From an uncultured Bacilli bacterium (GTDB taxonomy: Bacteria > Bacillota_I > Bacilli_A > RF39 > UBA660): 60,154 nucleotides of DNA. The stretch covers positions 1 through 60,154 of the forward strand of contig CALVVR010000002.1 in assembly GCA_944363915.1 (NCBI GenBank), written 5' to 3'. Of the stretch, positions 45,589 to 55,241 are shown piece by piece (position 1 is the stretch's first letter; every line of letters begins with the position of its first letter). A program made the position numbers and the translations under genes. Below the pieces are notes generated by a model. The model had not been told where the DNA came from and made no database searches. It was given only the letters and a program-made list of their open reading frames with translations.

Positions 45589-46959
45589 CTAAAATTCTAT
45601 TCTTTTATTTATATAATCAACAACTTCATCAAGACTTAAAGTTATTTGTTCCATTGTATCTCTATCTCTTAAAGTTACAGTATTATTGTTTAGTGTATTA
45701 TCGTCAACAGTTATACAAAAAGGTGTTCCCATAATATCGTTTCGACGATATCTTTTACCAATGTTACCAGCTTCGTCATAGTTAACCATAAAATGTTTAG
45801 CTAAATTGTTATAAATTTTTTGAGCCTTTTCAGCATGCATTTTTTTAATTAGTGGCAAAACAGCCACTTTATAAGGTGCTAAGAAAGGGTGAAATTTCAT
45901 TATTTCTCTTTCAGTGTTATCTTCTAAAGTTTCTTTGCAATATGAATTAAATAAAATAGCTAAAACTGTTCGATCTAATCCGTAAGTTGATTCAATTATG
46001 TAAGGAATATACTTTTCATTTGTATCAGGATCTAAATATTCTTGCGATTTACCGCTATATTCTTGATGACGAGATAAATCAAAATCAGTTCTATTATGCG
46101 TACCATTTATTTCTCCCCAACCAAAAGGAAATTTATATTCGATATCACAAGCAGCTTTGGCATAATGTGCTAATTTTTCATGATCGTGAAATCTTAATTT
46201 ATCTGCTGGAATTCCTAAATCCATAAAGAATTTTTTACCATATTCTTTAAAATATTCATACAATTCTTCGTCTTCACCTTTTTTGCAGAATGTTTGATAT
46301 TCCATTTGTTCAAATTCAATTGTTCTAAAAGTAAAGTTTCCTGGTGTAATTTCATTTCTAAAAGCTTTACCAATTTGACCAATGCTAAAAGGTAATTTAG
46401 CACGCATACTTCTTTGAACATTTAAAAAGTTAACATATTCTCCCTGTGCATTTTCTGGTCTTAAATAAACAACACTCTTTGAATCTTGCGTTACACCACG
46501 ATAAGTTTCAAACATTAATTTAAATTGTCTAATATCTGTAAAATTAGTTTTACCACAATTTGGACATGGTACTTTATGCTCGTTAATATAACTCATCATT
46601 TCCTCGTTAGTCATAGCATCACCAATTGAACTATGACTATAATCATTAATTAAATTATCAGCACGATGTCTTGTTTTACATTCACGACAATCAATCAGTG
46701 GATCAGCAAATGACTCAACATGTCCAGATGCTTCCCAAACTCTTGGGTGCATTAAAATATCTGCATCAACTTCATAGGCATTTTTTCTTTGTTGAATAAA
46801 TCTTTTACGCCATGCATCTTTGATGTTGTTTTTTAATCTTGAACCCAATGGTCCATAATCCCAAGTGTTAGCTAATCCACCATATATTTCACTCCCTTGA
46901 AATATAAATCCATATTGTTTGCATAAATTAACTAGTTTCTCCATTGTTAATTCTTCCAT
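45589..46959 (-). CDS. glyQS: Glycine--tRNA ligase (alpha2 GlyQS type)
   Basis: GFIFQGSEIYGG, class II motifs, about 456 aa. AGGAGG RBS. The ATG lies 1 nt after the upstream ORF's stop. Confidence 0.93.
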   Translation of the reverse strand: MEELTMEKLVNLCKQYGFIFQGSEIYGGLANTWDYGPLGSRLKNNIKDAWRKRFIQQRKNAYEVDADILMHPRVWEASGHVESFADPLIDCRECKTRHRADNLINDYSHSSIGDAMTNEEMMSYINEHKVPCPNCGKTNFTDIRQFKLMFETYRGVTQDSKSVVYLRPENAQGEYVNFLNVQRSMRAKLPFSIGQIGKAFRNEITPGNFTFRTIEFEQMEYQTFCKKGEDEELYEYFKEYGKKFFMDLGIPADKLRFHDHEKLAHYAKAACDIEYKFPFGWGEINGTHNRTDFDLSRHQEYSGKSQEYLDPDTNEKYIPYIIESTYGLDRTVLAILFNSYCKETLEDNTEREIMKFHPFLAPYKVAVLPLIKKMHAEKAQKIYNNLAKHFMVNYDEAGNIGKRYRRNDIMGTPFCITVDDNTLNNNTVTLRDRDTMEQITLSLDEVVDYINKRIEF

Positions 46960-46960
46960 T

Positions 46961-47845
46961 TTAATTTCCTCCTATTTTTCTATAATTTTTTATAACTAAT
47001 TGTTTAATAATATCACCTGATGAATAATATATAAATTCAGATTCTAAGCCTTTAAAAGCTTCTTCAATCAACTCTAATTGAATTAGTGCTCTATTATCTT
47101 GGTAAAATTTAAATGTAACATTACCTATTTTCAATTCACATATAGAATTGCAATTCCTATTTGTGTCTAAAAATTCTTTTTTCTTATCACTTATTTTCAT
47201 TGCTTCTTCTTCAAAGAAACATTCGTCAGTAACTCCATACATTCTTAATATTTCTTGAATATATCTAATAACAAAAGACCTTTCATACTTAGGAATAATT
47301 ATTTCACTATTTTTAAGTAAAGATAAAATGTTGTAATTACAATAACCTACTCCTGTTTTAATATCTTTATTGTTTCTATTTAATCCAAGAAATAATTGTT
47401 TTCCTAACTTTTTCTTTTTTTCCATATCTTGGTGCGATAAATCTTTTAAAATTCCTTCTCTTTTAGCAAATTCTATTCTTTTAACAAAATCAGGAAAAAT
47501 ATCTTTAATATTACAATTACCTAAAGCGATGGTAAAAACACCTTCTGTCGTTATAATATCAAAGCAGGTTTTATCAGGCTGATATTGATTATAAGTAAAA
47601 TACTTTATACCAATCACAGTATGATTGGCTAAAAAATTATCTAACATATAGTTACATACATTTAAAGGTTCTTTTCTTATCTTTTTTAAATCTTCACTAT
47701 AAACTCCAATAAAAGATCCATTTAACTTGCTTTTTTCCTTTAAAGTCAACCTTGGAATTAATTCACCATCTTTTTCTCTTATCGATAAAATTGCATTTCT
47801 AAAATCATTTGATAAAAATCTTCTTAATTTCTGTATATCCATCAT
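46961..47845 (-). CDS. Hypothetical 294-aa protein, first gene of the T-box-glyQS transcription unit
   Basis: Long ORF with AAGGTGA RBS. No motif I recognise, and not RecO-like (no OB or zinc-finger pattern). Confidence 0.6.
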   Translation of the reverse strand: MMDIQKLRRFLSNDFRNAILSIREKDGELIPRLTLKEKSKLNGSFIGVYSEDLKKIRKEPLNVCNYMLDNFLANHTVIGIKYFTYNQYQPDKTCFDIITTEGVFTIALGNCNIKDIFPDFVKRIEFAKREGILKDLSHQDMEKKKKLGKQLFLGLNRNNKDIKTGVGYCNYNILSLLKNSEIIIPKYERSFVIRYIQEILRMYGVTDECFFEEEAMKISDKKKEFLDTNRNCNSICELKIGNVTFKFYQDNRALIQLELIEEAFKGLESEFIYYSSGDIIKQLVIKNYRKIGGN

Positions 47846-47980
47846 AAAACATCACCTTAAAATAAAAATCTATTAGAAACTATAAGGACGGCATAACCGT
47901 GGTTCCACCTTATTTATTCTAATAGAATCACTCTTTAAATATATTGCTCGGAAGTTGCCAACCTTCGTCATCGCATTGAT
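47846..47980 (-). promoter_or_regulatory. Compact glycine T-box leader (~135 nt)
   Basis: Promoter TTGACT (48015-48010), 17-nt spacer, TAAAAT (47992-47987). GCGAUGA..CGAGCA K-turn-like base. GAAG-[GUUGGCAA]-CUUC hairpin carrying GGC (47959-47957). Antiterminator AUAAGG-[UGGAACC]-ACGG..CCGU-CCUUAU (core 47897-47909), then a U-rich tract. Confidence 0.75.
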
Positions 47981-48039
47981 ATTTATATTTTATTACATTT
48001 ATTTTGTTTAGTCAATAAAAAAGTAGTAAAAACTACTTT

Positions 48040-48285
48040 TTATCTAAACATACCGCAGCCACCACAATCATCATTGATGATTTGAGTTTCTTCTGTACAA
48101 GTATATTTTGGAGTATAACTATGAACATAATGAACGCGATTAATTGTATGAGTGTTTATAGGACAAATATGTGGTACTTCACAATAAAAATCTTTTTCCA
48201 CACAATTATTAATCATAGGTTCATAAATAGGTTCCATCATTTGTTGCATTCCTTTATTGCAGCAACAAGCTCTTTTGTTAAACAT
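48040..48285 (-). CDS. Cys/His-rich CotD-like spore coat protein
   Basis: 81 aa with the pattern ..VPHICPINTHTINRVHYVHSY.P.. reminiscent of the CotD family. A possible SigK-type -10 (CATATTATA, 48315-48307) lies upstream and GGGGGA is the RBS. Confidence 0.55.
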   Translation of the reverse strand: MFNKRACCCNKGMQQMMEPIYEPMINNCVEKDFYCEVPHICPINTHTINRVHYVHSYTPKYTCTEETQIINDDCGGCGMFR

Positions 48286-48426
48286 TTTAATCCCCCTTAC
48301 CTATTTTATAATATGATTAATAAAAATAGTGGTATATGTGTTTGTACCAAAAACATGAGTTTATTTTCTCATGTCTAGATTATATTAATATCAAATAGCA
48401 TAATTAATTTTACAACTTGATATTTA

Positions 48427-48966
48427 TTAAATTGTAACTGTTTTATCTATGTAATCTAATATATCATCAATATCAGAAGATACATAATAACTATCTTTAA
48501 TATATTCCATCGTAAATGACTCATTATATACTTTATCTAAAAATAATAATAATTCATCATAAAATCCACAAGAATTATAAATAACAATTGGTTTATCAAA
48601 TTCATGGCTTCTTTTACTTTCTATAGCTAAAAACAATTCATTAATTGTTCCGATTCCACCAGGTAAAAATAAACAAATATCGCTTTCCAAAATTAATTTG
48701 TCGATTCTTTCACTGACATTTTTAGTTATTATTTCTTTAGAACATTTTAAATCATTAAAATCGTCTTTATAACTATCTGGACATATTCCAATTATTTCTC
48801 TTTTATTTTTTAAAGCTTGGTGATAAGCTATTCCCATCAATCCTGAATCGTAGGCTCCAAAAATCAAATCATTATCGATAAGTATTTTTTCTAAAAGTTT
48901 TTCACAATCTTTTTTATATTTATCTGGTATCTCGTTTTTTGAAGAGCATCCAACAAAAATTTTCAA
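48427..48966 (-). CDS. LOG family (TIGR00730-type) Rossmann-fold nucleotide-binding protein
   Basis: PGGIGTINEL (PGGxGTxxE) motif, 179 aa. Confidence 0.8.
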   Translation of the reverse strand: MKIFVGCSSKNEIPDKYKKDCEKLLEKILIDNDLIFGAYDSGLMGIAYHQALKNKREIIGICPDSYKDDFNDLKCSKEIITKNVSERIDKLILESDICLFLPGGIGTINELFLAIESKRSHEFDKPIVIYNSCGFYDELLLFLDKVYNESFTMEYIKDSYYVSSDIDDILDYIDKTVTI

Positions 48967-48972
48967 ATTATA

Positions 48973-49875
48973 TCATCCCTCTTTATTATTGCGCATATTT
49001 TTGCTAATCATTTCTTTTTCGATTGTTAAATATTTTATTCGTTCAATAATTCTTTTGGCTTTTACTAATTCAACACCATCTTTAGTTTGAGCTAAATGTT
49101 GTTCTAAATTGTCAATTGATAAATTAGATGTAATAAAAGTTGGTAAATCATTATCCATACGATTTTGTAAAATAGAACATAATATTTCATCTCTTGACCA
49201 AGAAGATACTGCTTCAGCTCCTAAATCATCAATTAATAATAATGGTACATTTTTAACATATTCAAATTTTTCATCATAATCACTATCGAAAGAAGATTTT
49301 AAATCTCTTAAAAATTCTGGCCAGAATATAATGGCACTTTTAATATTTTTTTTAGCTAATTCATTAAAAGTAGCGACAATTAAATAAGTTTTACCACAGC
49401 CAAAGTTACCTGTCAAATATAGTCCTTTACCAATTGGATTATTAATAAAATTATTTAGCCATAAAATAGTATCTTTACGACTAGCTAATCTTTTATCGAC
49501 TTTATCCCAACTTGCTTCCATATAACTTTTTGGTAAATTATAGTATTTAACATTTTTTAAATAATTATATTTTTTATCTTGATTTAATTTGTATTTACAA
49601 GGTTTATAATGAAACTGCATTATTTTATTAGCCATTTTAGGTAGATAAACATACCCCAACATTTTATTTTTACATTCACTTAATCCAGGGCAGTTAAGAC
49701 AATTGTGATATTCCTCTGAACATTCTTCTAATGTTGACGTATATTTCATTAATATGTCATCACTAATCTTTAATTTAGAAATAAATTCTTTAAAATTCTT
49801 ATTTTTTAATGCTTCATTATAAGATTCTTTTAAGTCTTTTTGATCATATTCTATTATATCACCTATTTTAATCAT
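48973..49875 (-). CDS. dnaI: Primosomal helicase loader DnaI
   Basis: N-terminal Cys cluster (CLNCPGLSEC), Walker A GNFGCGKTYL, Walker B LLLIDDLG. Overlaps the upstream dnaB-like gene. Confidence 0.85.
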   Translation of the reverse strand: MIKIGDIIEYDQKDLKESYNEALKNKNFKEFISKLKISDDILMKYTSTLEECSEEYHNCLNCPGLSECKNKMLGYVYLPKMANKIMQFHYKPCKYKLNQDKKYNYLKNVKYYNLPKSYMEASWDKVDKRLASRKDTILWLNNFINNPIGKGLYLTGNFGCGKTYLIVATFNELAKKNIKSAIIFWPEFLRDLKSSFDSDYDEKFEYVKNVPLLLIDDLGAEAVSSWSRDEILCSILQNRMDNDLPTFITSNLSIDNLEQHLAQTKDGVELVKAKRIIERIKYLTIEKEMISKNMRNNKEG

Positions 49876-51134
49876 CTTTCTAACTCCTTTTCAAAAGCTT
49901 TCAATTCTTCATCTGATAACATATCACTTTCAATATTTTGATTAAACCAGCTAGGAATTGCTTCAACTTTTTTGTTAATTTTAGTTTTATTGTTCTTTTT
50001 ATCATATTCCGAACGTGCGAAATCAATGGCATCACTAACAGTTTCAATTTTACTTCTTTTCCACTGAACGGCAATTTGTTCAACAAACTTACGAACTAAT
50101 TTATTGTTATTAATTTTCAAAACATAATCAAGCAAAACATTGACAACCCCCGGATTTAATTTTTGCTCAATTACTAGATATTCAATTATCTCCATATCTT
50201 TTTCTGTTGGCTTAGAATCTTGTTTTAAGGTTAAAAATTCATAAGGACTAATTGTTTCAAATTGATTGATTAATTTTGATCTTTTAGTGTTATTAACTTG
50301 ATTCTGCCTTAAATATAATGGCTGATTCTGATAAACTATTTTGGGTATTTTACCTTTATGTTCAAACTTATAAAAACTGCGACAATTTTCTTTTAATAAA
50401 TCGATATCAACCTTTCGATCAACTAAACTATTTTTAATAATTTCACTAATTTCATCATTTCCTAAATCGTAGATAAAAGCTAATTCGTAAATTAATTCTT
50501 TAGTATCTTTAGAAATACTTCTAATATTTAATAGTTCTTCGGGAATTAAGCTCAAAACTTCGTTAAAATTAATACTCGGTTCAAACGATAATTCTAAATG
50601 CTTAGCAGATTTAATATTACTATTTTCTATTTTATCAGTACAGACAAAATTATAAACATCTTTAAAAGAACATGAAATATCTTGATAACCCTTTAAATCA
50701 ACTTTAGGTAACGAGAAAGAGTCAACGATCCTTTTATACTCTTTTTTGCTTAAATTATTATATAGGGCTGTATCTAAAATAGGATTGTTAAAAAATTCAT
50801 ATGCTGATAAAGGCCCATATAATTCATAAATATAATTATTAACTTCACCTTTTTTCAAATAAGTTTTAATCAATCCGATCGCTTCTAATTTGTCTTTAGC
50901 TTCTTTAATATCATCTAGTTTTAATTGCATACTGATAGCTAAATCATTATGAGTATTCCCTGAAGAATTAAATTTATTACGATCCAAAAAGCTCCATAAA
51001 GTCAAATATAAACTAATGGCAATACTACCAACAATTGGCTGGTATAAAAGAGTTAGAGTCAAACGATCTTGACTATTCAAAATAGTTTTGTTAATAACAA
51101 CAAAAGTATCTAAAGGAAGTAATGAATTAACCAA
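49872..51134 (-). CDS. dnaB: Replication initiation and membrane attachment protein (Bacillus DnaB / DnaD-domain family)
   Basis: Sits immediately upstream of dnaI, is about 420 aa, and has an N-terminal L.P.D...V pattern. TTG start at 51134 after GGTGGTGG. Confidence 0.7.
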   Translation of the reverse strand: MVNSLLPLDTFVVINKTILNSQDRLTLTLLYQPIVGSIAISLYLTLWSFLDRNKFNSSGNTHNDLAISMQLKLDDIKEAKDKLEAIGLIKTYLKKGEVNNYIYELYGPLSAYEFFNNPILDTALYNNLSKKEYKRIVDSFSLPKVDLKGYQDISCSFKDVYNFVCTDKIENSNIKSAKHLELSFEPSINFNEVLSLIPEELLNIRSISKDTKELIYELAFIYDLGNDEISEIIKNSLVDRKVDIDLLKENCRSFYKFEHKGKIPKIVYQNQPLYLRQNQVNNTKRSKLINQFETISPYEFLTLKQDSKPTEKDMEIIEYLVIEQKLNPGVVNVLLDYVLKINNNKLVRKFVEQIAVQWKRSKIETVSDAIDFARSEYDKKNNKTKINKKVEAIPSWFNQNIESDMLSDEELKAFEKELER

Positions 51135-51190
51135 ATTACCACCACCATTTCATAATATATGATAGCACATTTATTAAACAAAAAAAAGAA

Positions 51191-51400
51191 CTATTTTATT
51201 CTTTCTTTAAAATAGTCATAAAACAAATTATCTGGTTTAGTTTTTAAAACATCAGCTATTTTAATCGCCATTTTATATGATAAAGTTCTTTTGGCGTTTT
51301 CTAGTTGTGAATAAAAAGGTTTGCTTATACCTAACTCTTGTGCCATATAAGTAGTGGTATACCCTTTTTTTTGCCGTGCTTGTTTTAGTTTTAAATTCAT
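51191..51400 (-). CDS. XRE-family HTH regulator (69 aa)
   Basis: HTH_3 pattern. Its C-terminal SYKMAIKIADVLKTKPDNLF parallels TYKMAFQIAKILKTKPDKIF of the 32099-32317 protein. Confidence 0.8.
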   Translation of the reverse strand: MNLKLKQARQKKGYTTTYMAQELGISKPFYSQLENAKRTLSYKMAIKIADVLKTKPDNLFYDYFKERIK

Positions 51401-51509
51401 ACTACAACTCCTTGTATTAATTATATCACAAAGTGCACCATTAGTGTACTGTAAATTGTTTTAAATTATGAGAAAATATAATTGGTAATTTTTACCAAGA
51501 GGTGATTTC

Positions 51510-51752
51510 ATGGATGTATCAAATGATTACACAACTTTAATTAGAAATATAAAATACTATCGAATCAAGGCAAATTTGACACAAGAACAATTGGCAGAAA
51601 AAGCTGATTTGAGTACTTCATATATAAAGCAAATCGAATCAGGTAAAGAATTTAAAAACATTACATTCGTTACCTTTAGTAAAATTGCCAAAGCATTGGA
51701 TATTAATGTTAATCAACTGTTTATGAGAAGAGAAGAAGAAGTTTTAAATTAA
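51510..51752 (+). CDS. XRE-family HTH regulator (80 aa)
   Basis: IKANLTQEQLAEKADLSTSYIKQIESGK HTH_3 pattern. Divergent from 51191-51400. Its 3' end overlaps the ylxM stop region by 9 nt. Confidence 0.8.
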   Translation: MDVSNDYTTLIRNIKYYRIKANLTQEQLAEKADLSTSYIKQIESGKEFKNITFVTFSKIAKALDINVNQLFMRREEEVLN

Positions 51753-52034
51753 TTCTATTAACTTATTTTTTAAATCATCATCTAAATTAACGATGATTTT
51801 TTTTATTTTGATATTTTTTTCATATAATTTTAATTTTTCTTCATAATACAATAATTTTTCTTCAATTTCTTTTAAAGATTTATGAATTGCATTACGACTA
51901 ATATTATAATTTTCGCTAATTTCGCTTAAAGTTAAATTATCAAAGTAATAATCTTTAAAATATTTTTTTTGCTTATCAGTTAATAATTCGCCATAATAAT
52001 CATATAGAATGCATAATAAAACTTGATTATTCAT
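51744..52034 (-). CDS. ylxM: YlxM/UPF0122 putative HTH protein
   Basis: L.D.Y..LLT.KQ...F..YY..DLSL.EI.E...ISR.A....K pattern. Confidence 0.8.
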   Translation of the reverse strand: MNNQVLLCILYDYYGELLTDKQKKYFKDYYFDNLTLSEISENYNISRNAIHKSLKEIEEKLLYYEEKLKLYEKNIKIKKIIVNLDDDLKNKLIELI

Positions 52035-52035
52035 T

Positions 52036-52332
52036 TTATGTAAATAAAGCTGAACAAATTATTACGATTCCTAACCCTAAATAAATAGGAGTCATATATT
52101 TTCTTTTATAAATTTTATGATTATTAAATCCGATAACAAACATTAATATCCCAATTAAAATTTGACTAATTATAAATAACTCTCTTTCAAAAAGACTAGC
52201 TACACCAAAAGCAACTAAAAAAATTGCTAAAGAAATTTGTAATAACATTGTAATTTGTTCAACTGTATCAACATCTAATTTATTTTTCATAATTCCCTCC
52301 AAATAATCCATAAATATATTTTTCAATATCAA
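52036..52332 (-). CDS. Small membrane protein (2-3 TM helices), hypothetical
   Basis: Hydrophobic ORF wedged between ftsY and ylxM. The start is uncertain (ATG 52332, 52311 or 52290) and the 5' part overlaps the ftsY 3' end. Confidence 0.4.
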   Translation of the reverse strand: MILKNIFMDYLEGIMKNKLDVDTVEQITMLLQISLAIFLVAFGVASLFERELFIISQILIGILMFVIGFNNHKIYKRKYMTPIYLGLGIVIICSALFT

Positions 52333-53257
52333 AAACTCTTAAATCTTCTTCTTTTTCTCCTAAACCAATAAATTTAACAGGTATTCCAACTTTTTCTTTA
52401 ATAGCTAAGACAATCCCTCCTTTAGCTGTACCATCTAATTTTGTTAAAACAATGCCAGTAATATCAGTTATCTCTTTAAAACTTTTTGCTTGACTGATAC
52501 CATTTTGACCAGTTGTCGCATCAATTACTAATAATGTTTCGTGAGGAGCATTTGGTACTAATTTACCAATTACTTTATTTATTTTATCTAATTCATTCAT
52601 TAAATTAACTTTATTTTGTAAGCGTCCAGCTGTGTCAATTAAAACAACATCATAATTTTCATTTTTAGCTTTAGTTAATCCATCATATATAACGCTAGAG
52701 GCATCTTGGGTTTCCTTTGATACAACATCACAACCAACTTTATTTCCCCATTCGTTTATTTGTTCAACTGCTCCTGCTCTAAATGTATCTCCAGCAACCA
52801 ATAAAACTTTTTTACCTTGATTTTTTAAACGATAAGCAATTTTACCGATACTAGTTGTTTTACCAACACCATTTACTCCAACAAATAAAATAACAGTTGG
52901 ATTAGTTTCTGCATAATTTATCTTATTGACAATTATATCATTATTGACATAAATAATAAACATTTCGTCTATAATAATATCCATCAAATCTTTTGAATCA
53001 ACTATATTTTCTGATTTAACTCTTCTTTTTAATTTGTCAATAAATTTCATAACTGTATCAACACCAATATCAGCCATTATAAATATTTCTTCTAATTCTT
53101 CAAAATATTCATTACTAACCTTTTTATATTTATTGTTTAAAACATTTATCTTGTTGACAAACTCTTTACTGGTCTTTTGCAAACCTTTTTCATAAGCATC
53201 TAGCTCTTTTTTATTTGAATTGCTAAATATTTGTTTAAACTTATCAAATAATCCCAT
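52280..53257 (-). CDS. ftsY: Signal recognition particle receptor FtsY
   Basis: NG domain with GVNGVGKTT, DTAGR and TKLDG motifs. Confidence 0.92.
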   Translation of the reverse strand: MGLFDKFKQIFSNSNKKELDAYEKGLQKTSKEFVNKINVLNNKYKKVSNEYFEELEEIFIMADIGVDTVMKFIDKLKRRVKSENIVDSKDLMDIIIDEMFIIYVNNDIIVNKINYAETNPTVILFVGVNGVGKTTSIGKIAYRLKNQGKKVLLVAGDTFRAGAVEQINEWGNKVGCDVVSKETQDASSVIYDGLTKAKNENYDVVLIDTAGRLQNKVNLMNELDKINKVIGKLVPNAPHETLLVIDATTGQNGISQAKSFKEITDITGIVLTKLDGTAKGGIVLAIKEKVGIPVKFIGLGEKEEDLRVFDIEKYIYGLFGGNYEK

Positions 53258-53386
53258 ATTTTTTCACCTTTAATAATTATAACAAAAAAAATTACTTATG
53301 TCTAACAATAAATAATTACTTTGACAAATAAATATAAACAATGTATAATTATATCGTCATAATTCTAAAAAAGAAAGGAGGTAAAA

Positions 53387-55033
53387 ATGTTTAAAGAAAA
53401 TGTTACTAAAGTTTTTGCTTTAGGTGGCCTAGGCGAAGTTGGAAAAAATATGTATTGTATTATGCACGAAAATGAAATAGTTATTATCGATGCTGGGGTT
53501 ATTTTTCCTGATGATATGATGGGTGTTGATTATATTATTCCTGATTTTACTTTTTTAAAAAGAAATGAGCGAAAAATTAAAGCTTTGTTTATAACTCATG
53601 GTCATGAAGATCATATTGGTGCAATTCCATTTTTATTACAGAACGTAGAGATCCCAGCAATTTATGCTCCTAATCAAGCTGTTGGTCTAATTAAAGGAAA
53701 ATTAGAAGAAAGAAACATCCAATATAAAAACTTATTTGTTTATAATGAACAAACCAAAGTTAAATTTAAACATATGATGGTTGAGTTTTTTATGACAACT
53801 CACTCTATTCCTGATAGTCATGGTATTTGCGTCCACACACCTAATGGAACAATTGTAACTACTGGAGACTTTAAATTTGACTTAACACCAATTGGTCCTA
53901 TGGCGAATTTGCATAAAATGGCAGAAATCGGCAAAAAAGGAGTTACCTTATTATTAAGCGATAGTACTAATGCTTTAAATGAAGGTTTTTCAGCTAGTGA
54001 ATCTAAAGTAGATGAAGCATTGTCAGATATTTTTAGAAAGCATCACGGTAGAATTATTATTGCAACATTTGCTTCTAACATTTATCGATTGAAACATATT
54101 GTCGATACATGCAAAAGAAATAACCGTAAAATTGCTATTTTTGGTCGTAGTATGACTACTAATATCGAAATATCAATTGAAGGTGGTTATATTAAAAACA
54201 AAGGTATATTTATTAGTCCTGAAGAAGCAAACAGTATGCCAGATAATAAAGTATGTTTATTGTGTACTGGTAGTCAAGGCGAACCATTAGCAGCTTTAAG
54301 TCGAATTGCTAATGGTAGTCATAAACAAATTAAATTAAAAAGTGATGATACTGTTGTTTTCTCTTCTTCAGCTATTCCTGGTAATGCCATTAGTATTTCA
54401 AGAACAATTAACAAACTTTATTTAAAAGGGGTTAAAGTATATACTAATACATCACTTAGTGATATTCACACTTCAGGCCATGCCAACCAAGAAGAATTAA
54501 AATTAATGATTAGACTAATTAAACCTAAATATTTTATGCCAATCCATGGAGAATATCGAATGCTTAAAGAACACGCTGATTTAGGTGTTATGTGTGATAT
54601 CCCTAAAGAAAACACTTTTGTTTTAAGTAATGGTGATGTTTTAAATATTAAAAATAGACATGTTACTAAAGGTGAAACTGTTATAGCTGGTGACTCTTAT
54701 GTTGACGGTAATAAAATTGGTGATGTGGATAATATTGTTATTAAAGAACGTAAATCAATGAGTCAAGATGGAATTGTTATTATCACTTTGGCAATTAAAA
54801 ATAATAAATTACTATCTAATCCAACAATTACTACTCGTGGTTTTGTGTTAGTTAATGATAACATGGAATTATTACATGATTTAGAAAATAAAACTAAATT
54901 AGTTGTTGAAAATAAGATTAAAAACATTAGTGAATTAAAATCATTAATTATTTCAGAATTAGTAAATTATATTTATGACAAAACTGGTCGTAAACCAACA
55001 ATATTGCCAGTTATTATGGAGATAAAGAATTAA
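53387..55033 (+). CDS. rnj: Ribonuclease J
   Basis: Metallo-beta-lactamase HGHEDHIG, beta-CASP region and C-terminal domain, 548 aa. AAGGAGG RBS. Confidence 0.93.
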   Translation: MFKENVTKVFALGGLGEVGKNMYCIMHENEIVIIDAGVIFPDDMMGVDYIIPDFTFLKRNERKIKALFITHGHEDHIGAIPFLLQNVEIPAIYAPNQAVGLIKGKLEERNIQYKNLFVYNEQTKVKFKHMMVEFFMTTHSIPDSHGICVHTPNGTIVTTGDFKFDLTPIGPMANLHKMAEIGKKGVTLLLSDSTNALNEGFSASESKVDEALSDIFRKHHGRIIIATFASNIYRLKHIVDTCKRNNRKIAIFGRSMTTNIEISIEGGYIKNKGIFISPEEANSMPDNKVCLLCTGSQGEPLAALSRIANGSHKQIKLKSDDTVVFSSSAIPGNAISISRTINKLYLKGVKVYTNTSLSDIHTSGHANQEELKLMIRLIKPKYFMPIHGEYRMLKEHADLGVMCDIPKENTFVLSNGDVLNIKNRHVTKGETVIAGDSYVDGNKIGDVDNIVIKERKSMSQDGIVIITLAIKNNKLLSNPTITTRGFVLVNDNMELLHDLENKTKLVVENKIKNISELKSLIISELVNYIYDKTGRKPTILPVIMEIKN

Positions 55034-55110
55034 TCTTTATCTTGACTAATTTTTTGAAAACATCAATATCTTAAGTTTTCTGAAAATGGAAAACAATAGT
55101 GAAAAAATGA

Positions 55111-55150
55111 GCGTTTTTAGATATTAAAACTCTAAAAATGCTTTTTTTAT
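55111..55150 (+). terminator. Intrinsic terminator after rnj
   Basis: AGCGTTTTTAGA..TCTAAAAATGCT hairpin (one G-U pair) followed by TTTTTTT. Confidence 0.65.
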
Positions 55151-55163
55151 GGTTAAAATGGTA

Positions 55164-55219
55164 AATAAAAATGGCCAATTAACAAAGCCGGTTTGAAAAA
55201 ACGACTTTGTCAACGGCCT
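55164..55219 (-). terminator. Intrinsic terminator after mutM
   Basis: Minus-strand GGCC..GACAAAG-loop-CTTTGT..GGCC hairpin followed by ATTTTTATTT. Confidence 0.5.
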
Positions 55220-55241
55220 GAAATTGTATTTTTAAGTAAAA

